Source: Cenococcum geophilum (Eukaryota). Taken from it: 64,000 nt of DNA. The notes under the pieces were generated by a model. It was given only the letters and a program-made list of their open reading frames with translations. It did no database searches and was not told where the DNA came from. Made by a program: the position numbers and the translations under genes. Shown piece after piece: positions 27,515 to 39,432 of this stretch. The stretch lies in NCBI GenBank assembly GCA_050273025.1, contig CP158635.1:12834001-12898000 (forward strand), given 5' to 3'. Positions within the stretch are counted from its first letter, which is position 1; each line of letters opens with the position of its first letter.

Positions 27515-27615
27515 TGTAAGAGTATATATATTAGGTCCCGCCGCGCTTGCGACAAGTTCGCAAGCACTCTCAGTCTTTTTGGCCGTATGGCGACGTGGAG
27601 GCGGGCCACGTTACA
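27515..27615. mobile_element. Very short solo LTR-like insertion (101 bp)
   Basis: TGTAAG...GTTACA; TSD ATAGG; sits in the Gypsy B chromodomain (uninterrupted site at ~55930-55965). Confidence 0.88.
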
Positions 27616-27639
27616 ATAGGCTATAATGAGACTACCTAA

Positions 27640-28337
27640 AAACTACTAGAAAATTTAAAGAACGCTATAGAAAAGGTAGAGGAGTATTAAAAAAGAAAAG
27701 GTTAGGTAGTATTAATAAAGAAGAATTACTAAGGAATAAACCACCTAAAGAGGATATAGGAAGAACAATTGCTAAACTACTTAAAGTTGTTCCCTTCTTT
27801 ATTAAAGGAGAATCCGTTCTTTTATTACTAAGTTTTTATAAACCTTATTTTATAAATTTCTACTCCTTAAAACAAACCTTTTTATAAACTTTCTTAAGAC
27901 GGATTAACTAAGTAGACGCAGTAAGATAAAAATTAAAAGTGCGTTACTAAGCGTTAGCAGCCTCTTTTTTAGCGTTATAAGAACAATAAAGCTTAGCTAG
28001 AGCAACTAAGAGCTTATTATTAAGCTTTATAGTAGTAAATTAAATATAAGACCCTATAATAGATTACTTAGGGAACTTAAAAACTATTTAGAGTAATAAG
28101 GCGTGTATATTTAGTGTTAAAAATAGAACAAATATTATAAGACAATTAAATGTTTACCTTAGTGCACTCTAAATAAGAGGACGGTTATTAAAAGAAAGGA
28201 CTTACTAACGCAATATAAACTAACCCCTCTTTCGCGCAATAAGAATATAGAGATGGCATTATCTTACTAAGGGATAATATTATAGCAACGGTACAGGACC
28301 GACGAGCTGTAGAAGAAGAAGAAGGTACTTTAGGTAT
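27640..28337 (-). pseudogene. Antisense accessory ORF of Gypsy B (Zn2Cys6-like plus coiled coil), RIP-inactivated
   Basis: Homologous to 55970-56652: MPSLYSYCAKEGLVYIALVSPFF**PSSYLECTKVNI*LSYNI, with Tyr (TAT) at four of six Cys positions as expected from RIP of TGT. Confidence 0.7.
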
Positions 28338-28874
28338 AATAAGTAACAATATTAACTAAATTAATTAGATGGATATTATACCTCTAGTAAACAACCTGGA
28401 GATACTAGATATCTTTAAGGACAAAGATAAAGAGAAGGGAGATAGTGTTATAGACGCTTTAAGTATAATATTATAACTACTTAGAGAAGAGTTAGAAGAA
28501 GCTAGTTAGTTAATATAAGTATAGTCTAGGATAGAACCCGTAGAACCATATAACAAGGAATAGTAAGTAGAGTTATATAATATAATCTATATAATCTATA
28601 AGATCCGCTATAAAGCGAATAGAGTGGATAGAGTAGATAGAGCAATAACTTTCTTAGGAGTACGGTTATGTATTTAAGGACCCTTAGTCCCTACCTAGAT
28701 AGTTCCTTTCCTTATAGTAATTCTTAGAATATAATTAGAGTTAATCTATTAGGCAACCACTCCACTAGTTATTATTATGTTGTTAACTTATTTAAATCTA
28801 TACACCTAGCCTATTAACAGGACCTACTGTAGTTTAAGCTATAAGGTTCCGTTATAAAAGGGATAGCGAGAGAA

Positions 28875-30710
28875 TTATATAATTAAATAGTTAGGGGTCT
28901 TGGTGGTTAATACGTGCGTATATACGCACGCGGTCTTTAATAGACTTTAGTAAAATTTAATTAATCTAGTAGAACTTAGCAGAAGTTAATTAAGCTAGTA
29001 AAATTTGGCAAAATTTGGTTAAAGTGTTAGAATTTATCTATTAAGTGTTTTACTAAGACATTCCTACTATAACTAGGCTAGTTCTATTATAACCCCCCCC
29101 TTTTAGCCAAAGGTCTAAAACAATTTAATTTAGTAAAGAATTTATAATTTTATTATATATCGTATTTTCGCATTAGGTAGTAGTATAGAGTTTTACTAGT
29201 TCTAATTATTAAATAGACTAATTAGGATCTTCTATCCCTAGAATAAGAAATCGCTATTAGCTTAGTTAAGGCGGTAAGTAGAACTAATATCTTTATAGAG
29301 GGTCTTAGCAAGGCAAATCTAACTAATTAAATAACTTTAACTAGTGGTTAAAGTTCCTTAATATCTTATATAGTATATAACTATATTATAAACGTTATAA
29401 TATATTTTAAGTTCTTTTTAAATTTAAGCTTCCTACTATTGTGTTTCGTGTATTTATATTAGGTAATAGTTATTTGCCTTTATATTATATCTATCTAGCT
29501 AAAGTAGGCCGTAAAGGATAGTCCTTATAGAATTCTTTACTAGGGAAGGCGTATTAGTTTTAATTTACTTATAAGGTTTCTAGGTTTATATCTTATATCC
29601 CCCCCACTTAATAAAAGGTTTAAATTATTTAGATTATATCTTTTATTATATATTATTAATTAAGTTAATAAAGTAAAAACTGTTACCGTTATTAATAACT
29701 ATAGAAGGTAGTAGTAGCACTTCGCGAGTTATAGGTTTACCCTTTAAGGGTTATAGTAAGTTTACACAAAACGTTAGATATATTTTTATTTTAGTTAATA
29801 GTTTAAGCTTATAAGTATATGGACTTAGTTTCTTCTTAATTTAGTATAGGCCCACAAATTTCTAATTAAGTTTCTTTAAGGGCCGTTGAGTCTTTAGGTT
29901 TCGTATATTTAGGTATACTATATTACTTTTCTTAAAGTCCCACGCGGGAGCTCGTCCTTTATTTACATGCCATTCTTTTACTATTTAAGCGTACATTAAT
30001 TTACTTTATAATAATTCCGTTAACTACTTTATTTAATTAGTAAAGTTATATGCGTTAATTAGCTAAATCCGCTTAATCGTGGGTCCTATTATATTAATTT
30101 TAGGTTATAGTTTAAATCTAAGTTAAAGGTCTTATTTATAGGTTATATAGAACGGCGTTACGCCTATTAATTAATTAATTATATTATTTATAGTAAACTT
30201 AGTTAAAGGTAGCCACTTTTCCTAGTCGTCTTGTAGGTAGGAGTAGTATATTTATAAATATTATTGTCAATCGGAAGTCCGTGCACCGATTATAAGAAAA
30301 GAAGAACTCGTGTGTAGATTAATCTATGAAGAAAAGTGACTATATATACATGAGGTGGGTGGCAAAAAGGTAGACATGAGTCATAGGATGACGACAGAGC
30401 TGACGACGACAAATTGCCACCAGGTAGGCGGTAGGTGACCGTTCGACAATTATTCTATAATCGCGTTTATAATTTCAGTTTAGCTATTTATCTTTAAGTA
30501 AAATATAGTTAAGAGTCGTGTTTATATACTTAATCGTTTATATAGGGCTTGCTAAAAGTCTAAAATAAACTAGCTTCTGCAGTTAGATATTATTAAGTTA
30601 AAAAGTCCGTATAGCTTAAAGACATACTTAATAAAATATTCGGCTACTAATATTATATTAATTAAGTCTATAGGAATTATATATCGCATTTTTATAAGAT
30701 AGTTAATAAC
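28875..30710 (-). mobile_element. Truncated Gypsy D (3' LTR, chromodomain, integrase part)
   Basis: Reverse PPT (poly-C) at ~29093-29100 next to an LTR-like segment (~28875-29090). Minus strand: IKWGGY...*KP chromodomain ~29575-29615; VINYLIKMRYIIP (=VVDRLTKMRHMIP) ~30670-30710. LTR limits approximate. Confidence 0.8.
30265..30448. mobile_element. Solo LTR (184 bp, un-RIPped)
   Basis: TGTCAATCGG...CCGTTCGACA; TSD ATTAT. Confidence 0.92.
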
Positions 30711-32068
30711 TTAACGTATAATTAACTACAAAGGCGCGCGGCATTGAATATGGTCCATTTTTATTTATTGCCGAAGCGAGGAATTTTCTTAGCAAACCCC
30801 ACCAAAAACTCCTCTCTTTAGCAATAATAAAAAATGTATCTCCTACCTAAATGGCTCCGCAAACCAGTGATCTTAATTGTGCTATCTTTTTAACTCATTT
30901 ATAATACGTAGGCATAGCTGACGCTGCGCGCAAGTCTGGAATCCATCGAAAAACAGCTACAAATATTAAGAATCGAGCCGTAGAGATCGGAATTCAACTT
31001 GTAGAGGCTGGCTCTCTTTACAGATACACGAACCCGACGAGTTTAAGTGCGATATTATTCCCTTCCCCTTTTAGCAAGATAACGCTCCTTTATATGCCTC
31101 AAATGGACGAGACGGCGGCTTAAGAAGGGAGGAATACCAATACATGAGCATATAGGCAATTCCCCTAATGTAGACGCTATAGGATCGACTTGGGTGCTGA
31201 TAGGGATAGCGATTATAAAGGACTGGGGGGGGCCGTCAAATATAGAGGGCTTAATGGGAGTTAATACCACAAGATAAGATACGTGCTATGGTTGCTAGAA
31301 TGGCTGCAATTAATACTCTTATAATTGAGTGCGAAGGAGGGAATAAATTTTATGGTTAATGCAGAAGGATTGAGTTATATTAGGTGTACTTTAGTTATAA
31401 TACAAATTTCTATGGGGGAGGGGTACAGCGATGTGCACGACCAGCTTCCACCCCCCCTTAGCGAGAGCTCCAAAATTTTACATTCGGTACGCGCATCCAA
31501 TCTCGCCTGATTTGTACGTAGCGAAGCTGTATGCTTGGCTGCAAGAACCTTGCTTCTGTAGTGTCGTGATCTTCGTTAATATCGTGAGGTTTCCATCCCT
31601 ACGACATCGCCAAATTTCATCGGACATCGTTGTATTCGCGTTTTGGCGGAGGCATAGGCAAAAGAGGGGGCGTATGTCGAGGAAGCGTACGTCAGGCAAG
31701 TTCTGAGTTGCTTCAATTCTGATTCCCCTGGCCAACTGGGGCGATTCTGTAAGCTTTGCAGTGTGTGGGAATTGAACGAGCGACTTGATTGTAAATCTAT
31801 GGAAATCAAGTGGTATAAATACATGAAAGTAGACCCCGAACTCCGAAGCCCATGAGTCATTTGAACCATATCCGAGACATACAAGGGTAGTGCTGACGCA
31901 GGTGAAACAGGGTAATATGCAAGGTCCGGTAGTCGGTTACAGATTCCCTAGGGCAACCGAAAAGGTCCTTGCGTGTAGCCATAGCCATTCGCTACAATTA
32001 CTATGTACAGTTGGTGGCAATCAGGCGAGATTGGATGCGAGTGCCGAATGTACAGCTCTGCACGACTA

Positions 32069-32353
32069 CAGCCTGTACGACCTCCAGTGTCCCCCCCCCC
32101 CGTGTGTACGCGCGCAACACACAGCAATTTCGCTTCGTACGCACTAGAGAATTTCAAGTTTAACTCTTGTAATCAAGCTTAAAAATTAAAGGCTTTGCCT
32201 TTCTTGTGGGCATACGGCTCTTCTAGCAAGCGCACGGCTCTTTTGGCAAGCGCACTGTATCTACGCTGGATAGTGCACTTGACTAGTGATTACCGAAATT
32301 GCTGTGTGTTGCGCGCGCACACGGGGGGGGGACACTGGAGGTCGTACAGGCTG
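32069..32353. mobile_element. Tc1/mariner MITE (285 bp, ~62-bp TIRs)
   Basis: TA-CAGCCTGTACGACCTCCAGTGTCCCC...GGGACACTGGAGGTCGTACAGGCTG-TA. Confidence 0.93.
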
Positions 32354-32834
32354 TACAGTGATGTTTACAACCAGCTTCCACCCCCCAGGCGAGCTACAGA
32401 TTTTTTTTACGCCATTTAATTTCGCTTGATTGCCACCAACTGTATATAGTAATCGTAGCGAAGCCGTATGGCTAAACGCAAGGATCCTTCTGGTTGCGAG
32501 GGGCAATTAAATTAAAGCTATTCAGTACTTACCTTACTTACTAGAGTTTTAATATCAATTCAAAATTGTATTGTTTAATTGTTAATCTACCTTTAATATA
32601 AATCCTCCTACGAAACGTATAGCGGCTTAATTAACGGGTGTGTCTCCTCCCTCTTAACGAACTCGACGGATTATTCTTCCTTCCTCCTTATTATATACGC
32701 CTGCATCTACCCCTATATCTTTAAGGAGCTTCCACTAGGGTACCCTATAATAGTTACTAAGACATAAATATAACACCATTTAACCGGGCTTTACATTAGA
32801 GGAGCTTTAAGAAACGGAAAATTATCTAAAAGCT

Positions 32835-34330
32835 ATAGATAAGGACGATAAGGATAATATAGGGGTGTAGCGTAACTACTTAGCTTCTTAAAGTCAACTT
32901 AGCCGATTAACTTAATTAACGCCGTATAAGTTACCGTATTTAACACAGAATCTTACCTACCTACTGTTAAATATATTACTACCGTAATATTAAGCTACAG
33001 CCTTTTAAATTGCTAGTTAAGCTCCTTAAGCTCCTGTAGTTATTTGGGCCGCTCTACTAGACGCAAATAAGGATAAAGAAGATATAACTCCACTACCTTA
33101 CCTACGTAAAGAGAGTAAGATTAATAATATAGGAAGAGCTAGTAGCGGTATTTTTATTACTTACAATCATAACGTAGTAATTCGATATTTAAAGGAGCTA
33201 GTGTTTACTAAAACTCTTATTAGTGTAAGCCTTTAATTCTATAATCTTTGGCGACTTTAAGTTCACCCTATATATACAAGAGAGCTGCGTCGTTAAGAGC
33301 AAGGTGTTTACATTAAGATTTAACCAATTAAGGCAAAGCTGAATACCTAGCAGATAGGCGTTTTAAATGTTAAGTTCAATATAGATTCTAAAGTCGTAGA
33401 TTAGTAGCAGAAGGTTAATACGCAACTTATTACGTGGGCTCTCCACACTAATAAACGTGGCGTAATTAAGGCTCTCACTATCGACCTCTTAATTGTATAT
33501 ATTCTAGATGGAAATTAACTAGCCGCCTCTTATTCTAGAGGTAGTTCTCACCCATTAATAATTAATTAACTCCGTGGTGAACTTCTAACGCCTTTATAGA
33601 GCTCTAAGCTTAGTATAACGCTTAGTAATACAAAATTAATAAGCTTATAGATTAATCTTATAAGATATTAGCGCTGTAAAAAGAACTACCTAAACGCTAG
33701 TTAGTGTTACGTACTTAATTAGGTAGATATTAAATTAATAAATAAGGACTTGCGGGAGTAGGTAACTGGTATTAAGCGAGGCATTATAAATATTAAGAAT
33801 CCACCTTATAGACTCGCCGTTTGGCTTGCTAAACAAGCGGTAACAGGAGTAAAAAGTAGTAGAAGAGTACGCTAATCTACCTTAGGTAAGAGCTCTACAG
33901 TTAATACTCTAGGCGTAGTTAATTACTTCTACGTTAGCTCTATAGGCTTAATATTAGGTTAGTAAACTACTCCTATACCAGCAAGTTAACAGCCCTTATT
34001 ATCCTTACCTATATTACTAATATACCGCCTATAGGGTGTTAACCGCGCGAAGGATCTAGAGGAGTTCTTTAAGTATTAAAAGAAGAGTGTAGCTAGTAAT
34101 CTTAACTAGGAGGCTGATATTAAAGCTATATATAAAGTTGTATATAATTTAAGGTGGGATTTAGAGCTTTTATATAACAAATCTAATAGAGTAGATCCTG
34201 TTAAGGAACTTATTATAGCTAGTATTAAATTAGGTATCGCAAGACGCCTGTGGAAGGATTTAAAGAAGTGGGCAAATAAGTGCCGTGCTTAGCTTAAGGG
34301 AAGGTTTAAAGATATAGAGGACTTTAGTTA
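32835..34330 (+). pseudogene. Passenger gene of T1, unknown function, RIP-inactivated
   Basis: Long codon-like region homologous to ~36255-37770, ending DPVKELIIASIKLGIARRLWKDLKKWANK. Probable 5' introns; limits approximate. Confidence 0.65.
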
Positions 34331-34519
34331 GTAGATATTAAGCGTAAGGCTCTATAGGCTTTAACTATAGAGTTATAGGATAGATTTTAATAGTAATTCT
34401 TATATAAATTGTATACTCTAGGTAAGAGAATAAAGCCTACGCTTCCTCTATATATATTTATAAAATATCGCGTATATTAAGAATACCACTAAGGCTTAAT
34501 CTTAAAGCTTAATCTTAAC

Positions 34520-35568
34520 TCTTATATTAATTTCTTAATTATACCCGCTATAGCGGAAATGTCCTCTCGCGCTCTTAGCTTTGCTACCTACTTTATCTAT
34601 ATACTAAAGAAGGAACGATTTAAAGCTATTACTAAAGGTTTCTAGATACTCTAGCTAATTAAACTACACTCGCCGGATAAAGGCTTTTAGCTTACCAAAA
34701 AACTCCTTAATTGGATTTAAGTTGGGTAAGTAGAAAGGTAAATATACTAACTTAATACCAAAGGCGTTAAAAAGAGACTTTATCCTTTCTAAATAATAGA
34801 AGCTGGCGTTATCTATAACTACTATAAATCGCTTAGCAGGAAAGCGATTACACTATAGTAGAAGAGTATTTGCTACCCAGAACTTAAAGCCTTCGCCATT
34901 TATTAAGCCTTTATATACTAAAGCTACGAGCACGCCGTTAATTATATACGTAGGTAATATATTAAGCCTCCTCTTAGCCCAATTATATAACGTATACAGG
35001 ACCGGTATAATACTAAAAGGAGCCTAATTAGTCTTCCGTATACCTGCCTTTAAATCTATACCTAACTTATTTACAAATATAAGCTAATTGGCGGTATACT
35101 ATAATATAATAGCGAAATATATGTCGCGATCGTAAGCGCTTTATTTAAGGGCTACTTGGGAACACTTCTTTATATAAGCTACTCTTTAAGCTCTATCTAT
35201 AGAGGATCTAATTAGCTTACCCACTTCCTTATCTAGCTAGCTAAGTAGAGCTCTTAAAATATTATATAGCGGCTAACTATAAGATTAAACGTGTTGTAGA
35301 TTAACCACTGTATCTTATTGCTAAAGAGAGTTGGCTTCTTATCTAGCTGTATTAATATTACTATAAGCATCCAATTGCTTAGTAAAAACTACTCCCCCTT
35401 ACTGTTTAAAGGCGCCTGAGTTAATCTAAATATACGCAAGTTCCTCTTAATCGCGGTAATTAATCGGGGTGTATAATTAGCAGCTAAGGCATACTCTGCT
35501 TAAGTTACTCTAAGTTAAAGAAGATCCTTAATTAGGGCGTGCTAATATAGGCCTATTTGCGGAGCCAT
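34520..35568 (-). pseudogene. IS630/Tc1 DD34E transposase of T1
   Basis: ATG GCT CCG at 35568; FVNKLG (=FVDESG) ~35060-35077; VIDNASFYY...LPFYLPNLNPIKE (=DNASFHH...YSPDLNPIEE) with 34 residues between D and E. Confidence 0.92.
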
Positions 35569-36254
35569 ATTACGAATATAGTACGGGTAAAAACCTTACG
35601 ATATTTAATAAAGATCACGACACTACGGAGGGAAGCCAATCGCGAATAGCTTCAAGTTCGCCAGGATTAGGGGTTCTTACAGCCAAGCATACGGCTTCGC
35701 TACGATTACTATATATAGTTGGTGGAAATCAAGCGAAATTAAATAGCGTAAAAAAAATCTGCAGCTCGCCTTGGGGGGGGTGGAAGCTAATAAACATCAC
35801 TGTAGCTTTACCCCCCCTTTGGCGAGATTTCAAATTCGCTACGCGCATCTAATCTCGCTTAGTTGCCACCAACCGTATATAGTAACTGTAGTGAGCGCCT
35901 ATGCCTGCACGCAAGGACCGTCCTAGTTGTAGGGACAATTGAATTAAAGCTATATAGAACTTGCCTAACCTACTAAAGCCGTAATATCCACCTAAAATCG
36001 TGTTGTACTATTATTAATTTGCCCTTAATATACATCCTTCTTTAAAACGCGCAGCGGCTTAATTAATAGACAAGAGTCCTCCTTCTTAATAAACTTAATA
36101 AAGCCACCTTCCTCCCTCCTTATTACCTAGACCCCTACTGCTATTAAGCTATTACCTAAATATAATATAATAGCCGCTAAGACATAAATACAATACCGTT
36201 TAGCTGGGTTTTACATTAGAGGAGCTTAAGGAAATAAATAACAATCTAGAAGCC

Positions 36255-37770
36255 ATAGCGGAGGCCACTAAGAAGGAGGTAGAAGGTTAGCGTGTATACT
36301 GCCAAAGTTAGCTTAGTAGATTGCCTTAGTTAAAATCTTATAAGTCACCATATTTAACATAGGAGCCGCTAGTATTAATACCACGATATTAAGCTATGCC
36401 CTCTTAGGAAGTTACTCGTACTCCTTAGGCTCCTCTAATTACTTACTTAATATTAGCCTCTCGCTTACCCCCAAGGGCTTACTTATACTTATTTAGTGAG
36501 TATAAGGATAAGCTAATTCCGCCGCCGCCTCGCCTGCGTTTTAAGAGTAAGATTGGTAATATAGAGAGGAGAAGTAGCGGCGTGTTTATTACTTATAATT
36601 ATAATATAGTAATTTAATACCTAAAGGATTCGCCTTTTACTAAGACTCTTATTAGTATAAGCCTTCAGCTTTATAATCTTTGGCGACTTTAAGTCTTTCC
36701 TATTTATAAGAGAGAGCTATATTGTTAAGAGTAAGGTATTCGCATTAAGCTTTAGCTAATTAAGGCTAAAGTTAATACTTAGTACGCAGGCGTTTATGAC
36801 GTTAAATTTAGTATTATAGAAGTTAAGGTTATAGCCTAGTGGCAGAAGATTAATACCCAGCTTATATTATAGGCGAAGTATACTAATAAAAGTGGCGCTA
36901 TTAAGGCTCTTACCGTTAACCTCTTAATTATATATGCCCTAGCTGTAAATTAACTAGCGGCCTTTCACTCTAGAGTTAGCTTTTATCCATTAATGCTTAA
37001 TTAACTCTATAGTGAAGTTTTAACGCCCTTATAGATTTTGGAGCGGAGCTTAACGCCTTATATATCTCCTGTTAGTAATACTATAAGATTATGGGTTAAG
37101 CTTACTAGATATTAGCGTTATAAAAAGCGCTACCTAAATATTAATTGGTGCTACGTTTTTAGCTAGGTAGACGTTAAATTAATAGATAAGGACTTAAGAG
37201 AATGGGTAACTAGTATCTAGTAAGGTATTGCGAATATTTAGAATCTACCTTATAGGCTTGCTACGCGGCTTACTAAGAGAGCAGTAAAGGGAGGAAATAA
37301 TAGTAGAAGAGTACGCCAATTAGCCTCCGGTAAGAGCTCTACTACTAGTACTCTAGGCGTTATTAACCACTTTTATATTAGTTCTATAAGCCTAGTACTA
37401 AATTAGTAAACTCTTATACCAATAAGCCAACTAACGTTATTATCCTTACCTATATTACTAATACGCCGCCTATATAGTATTAACCGCGCGAAGGATTTAG
37501 AGGAGTTTTTTACGTATTAGAAGTAGAGTGTATCTAGTAATCTTAACTAGGAGGCTGACTTTAAGGCAGTATACAAAATTGTCCACAATTTAAGATAGGA
37601 TTTAGAGCTCCTATATAATAAATCTAATAGCGCTAATCCTATTAAGGAGCTTATAAAGGCTAGTGTTAAATTAGGTATTATAAGGCGGCTATAAAAGGAT
37701 TTAAAGAAGTGGGTAAATAAGCGTTATATATAGCTTAAAGGAAGTTTCTAAGATATAGATAATTAGTAGA
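36255..37770 (+). pseudogene. Passenger gene of T2 (homolog of the T1 passenger)
   Basis: Colinear with 32835-34330; limits approximate. Confidence 0.65.
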
Positions 37771-37899
37771 ATATAAGGTATCTCTATTACTGCTAGCGCC
37801 TCTATAGTAATAAAGACACCCTATATATATAAGAGATTAAAGCCTTTAGTGTATTTACAAGTATTATATACAATTAAAAAAACGCTACTAAAAATTGAT

Positions 37900-38955
37900 C
37901 TTCCTTATACCAAAAACCTTAACAATTGTACCTACTATGTTAGAAATGTCCTCTTGCACTTTTGCTCTTGCTACTAACCTTATCTATACACTAAAGAAGA
38001 AAGGCTTTAAAGCTATAGTTAAAGCTTTTAGGGTGCTCTACCTAAGAGAACTACTTCCGCTAAATAAAAGCTTTTAGCTCTCTAAAAAACTCTTTAATTA
38101 GATTTAAATTAGGTAAGTATATAGGCAAATATATAAGCTTAACGCTAAAGGCGTTAAAGAGAGCCTATATCCTCTCTAAGTAATGGAAGCTGGCGTTATC
38201 TATAATAACTACTAATTGCTTAGTAGGAAAGCGATTACACCGTAGTAGAAAAGTATTTACCACCTAGAACTTAAAGCCTTTGCTATTTATTAAGCCTTTA
38301 TATACCGAAGCTACTAGTATACCGTTAATTATATACATAGGCAGTATATTAAGCCTCGTCTTACCCCAATTATATAGCGTATAAGAAACTAGTGTAATAC
38401 TATAAGGAGCCTAGCCGGTCTTCCGTACGCCCGTCTTTAAATCTGCACCTAACTTATCTATAAATACTAGTTAATTAGCGGTATACTGTAATATAATGGC
38501 GAAATATATGTCGCGATTATAAGCGCTACGCTTAAGGGCTACCTAGTAACACTACTTTGCGTAAGCTACTCTTTAAGCTCTATAACTAGAGGATCTAATT
38601 AGCTTACCTACTTTCTTATCTAGCTAGCTAAATAGAGCTCTTAAAATATTGTATAGCGGCTTACTATAACGTTAAATACGTTATAGATTAACCACTCCAT
38701 CTTATTGCTAAAGAGAGTTAGCTTTTCCTCTAGCTATATTAGTACCACTATAATTATCCAATTACTTATTATAAACTGGCCACCTTTACCGTTTAAAGGC
38801 GCCTAAGTTAATCTAAGTATCCACAAGTTCCTTTTAATTAATGTAATTAAGCAAACTATATAACTAGCGATGAAGGCACACTCTGTTCGGGTTACTCTAA
38901 GTTAAAGAAGATCCTTAATTAGGGCGTGCTAGTATAGGCCCATTCGCGGAGCTAT
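37900..38955 (-). pseudogene. IS630/Tc1 DD34E transposase of T2
   Basis: FIDKLG (=DESG) ~38450-38465; IDNASFHY ~38180-38205; colinear with the T1 transposase. Confidence 0.9.
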
Positions 38956-39235
38956 ATTGCGAATATAGTACGGGTGGAAACCTCACGGTATTTAACAAAG
39001 ATCATAACACTGTAGAGAAAAGCTGATTGCGAATAGCTTTAAGTCCTTTAAAAGCAAGGTTCTTACAGCCAAGCATAGGCGCTCGCTACAGTTACTATGT
39101 ACAGTTAGTGGCAACCAAGCGAGATTGGATGCGCGTAGCGAATTTGAAATCTCGCACAGAGCTGTAAAATTTTGGAGCTCTCCGCTTCCAATTTCGCTTA
39201 AAAACGGACCATTTTCAATGCCGCGCGCCTTCTTA

Positions 39236-39432
39236 GCCGAAGATTTAAATATCCTTAACTTCTACCAAAAGCTATAGCTTACTACTAAATCTTACCACTA
39301 AGGCAGCGAGCTGTCAGCTAGCTGCAGTTTTATAGCTGACTGACTGTCACAACTCTATAAGCTCGCTGACTGCTTACGTTATCAGCCTCTTGGCAGCGAC
39401 GCTGGCAGCGACGCTGACTCTTGGACACACTG
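39236..39432 (-). mobile_element. Probable 5' terminus of a hAT-like element
   Basis: Minus strand starts CAGTGTGTCCAAG followed by tandem CAGCGTCGCTGC subterminal repeats. Partner end not in window. Confidence 0.45.

Larger units (their letters stand above)
14449..28856 (+). mobile_element. Gypsy/chromovirus LTR retrotransposon B, full length with four nested insertions
   Basis: LTRs 14449-14868 and 28446-28856; TSD AAAGG; PPT before 28446. gag MPPK ~14907, protease ~20000, RT VYLN (=YLDD) ~20960, RNase H, integrase, chromodomain split at ~23340/27490. Confidence 0.95.
32356..35802 (-). mobile_element. Two-gene Tc1-like transposon T1 (3447 bp, ~115-bp TIRs)
   Basis: TA-CAGTGATGTTTA...TAAACATCACTG-TA; TIRs 32356-~32470 and ~35688-35802. 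Confidence 0.92.
32053..39164 (-). mobile_element. Two-gene Tc1-like transposon T2; left TIR split by a MITE and T1
   Basis: TA-CAGCTCTG...CAGAGCTG-TA. TIR 32053-32068 plus 35805-~35905 mirrors ~39075-39164. Interior colinear with T1. Confidence 0.88.
31426..39182. mobile_element. Non-autonomous Tc1-like element T3; right TIR split by T2 and truncated
   Basis: TA-CAGCGATGTG start. Left TIR GAGAGCTCCAAAATTTTACATTCGGTACGCGCATCCAATCTCGCCTGAT is mirrored by 32020-32052 joined to 39167-39182. Confidence 0.82.
30729..39233 (+). mobile_element. Outer Tc1/mariner-like element T4 (deleted), host of the Tc1 nest
   Basis: TIR core AAGGCGCGCGGCATTGAAwATGGTCC at 30731-30756 and inverted at 39206-39231; TA on both sides (two terminal bases mismatch). 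HTH-like remnant MAPQ...IADAARKSGIHRKTATNIKNRA at ~30851-30980. Confidence 0.72.

Noticed and set aside
27515..27615. tRNA or SINE
   Set aside because: No cloverleaf or A/B boxes; TG...CA with a 5-bp TSD fits an LTR.
14449..28856. Dating insertions from LTR-pair divergence
   Set aside because: The differences seen are mostly RIP-type transitions, so divergence does not measure age.
31055..32506. Short ORFs inside T4, T3 and the MITE
   Set aside because: They overlap TIRs or deleted interiors and show no recognisable domain.
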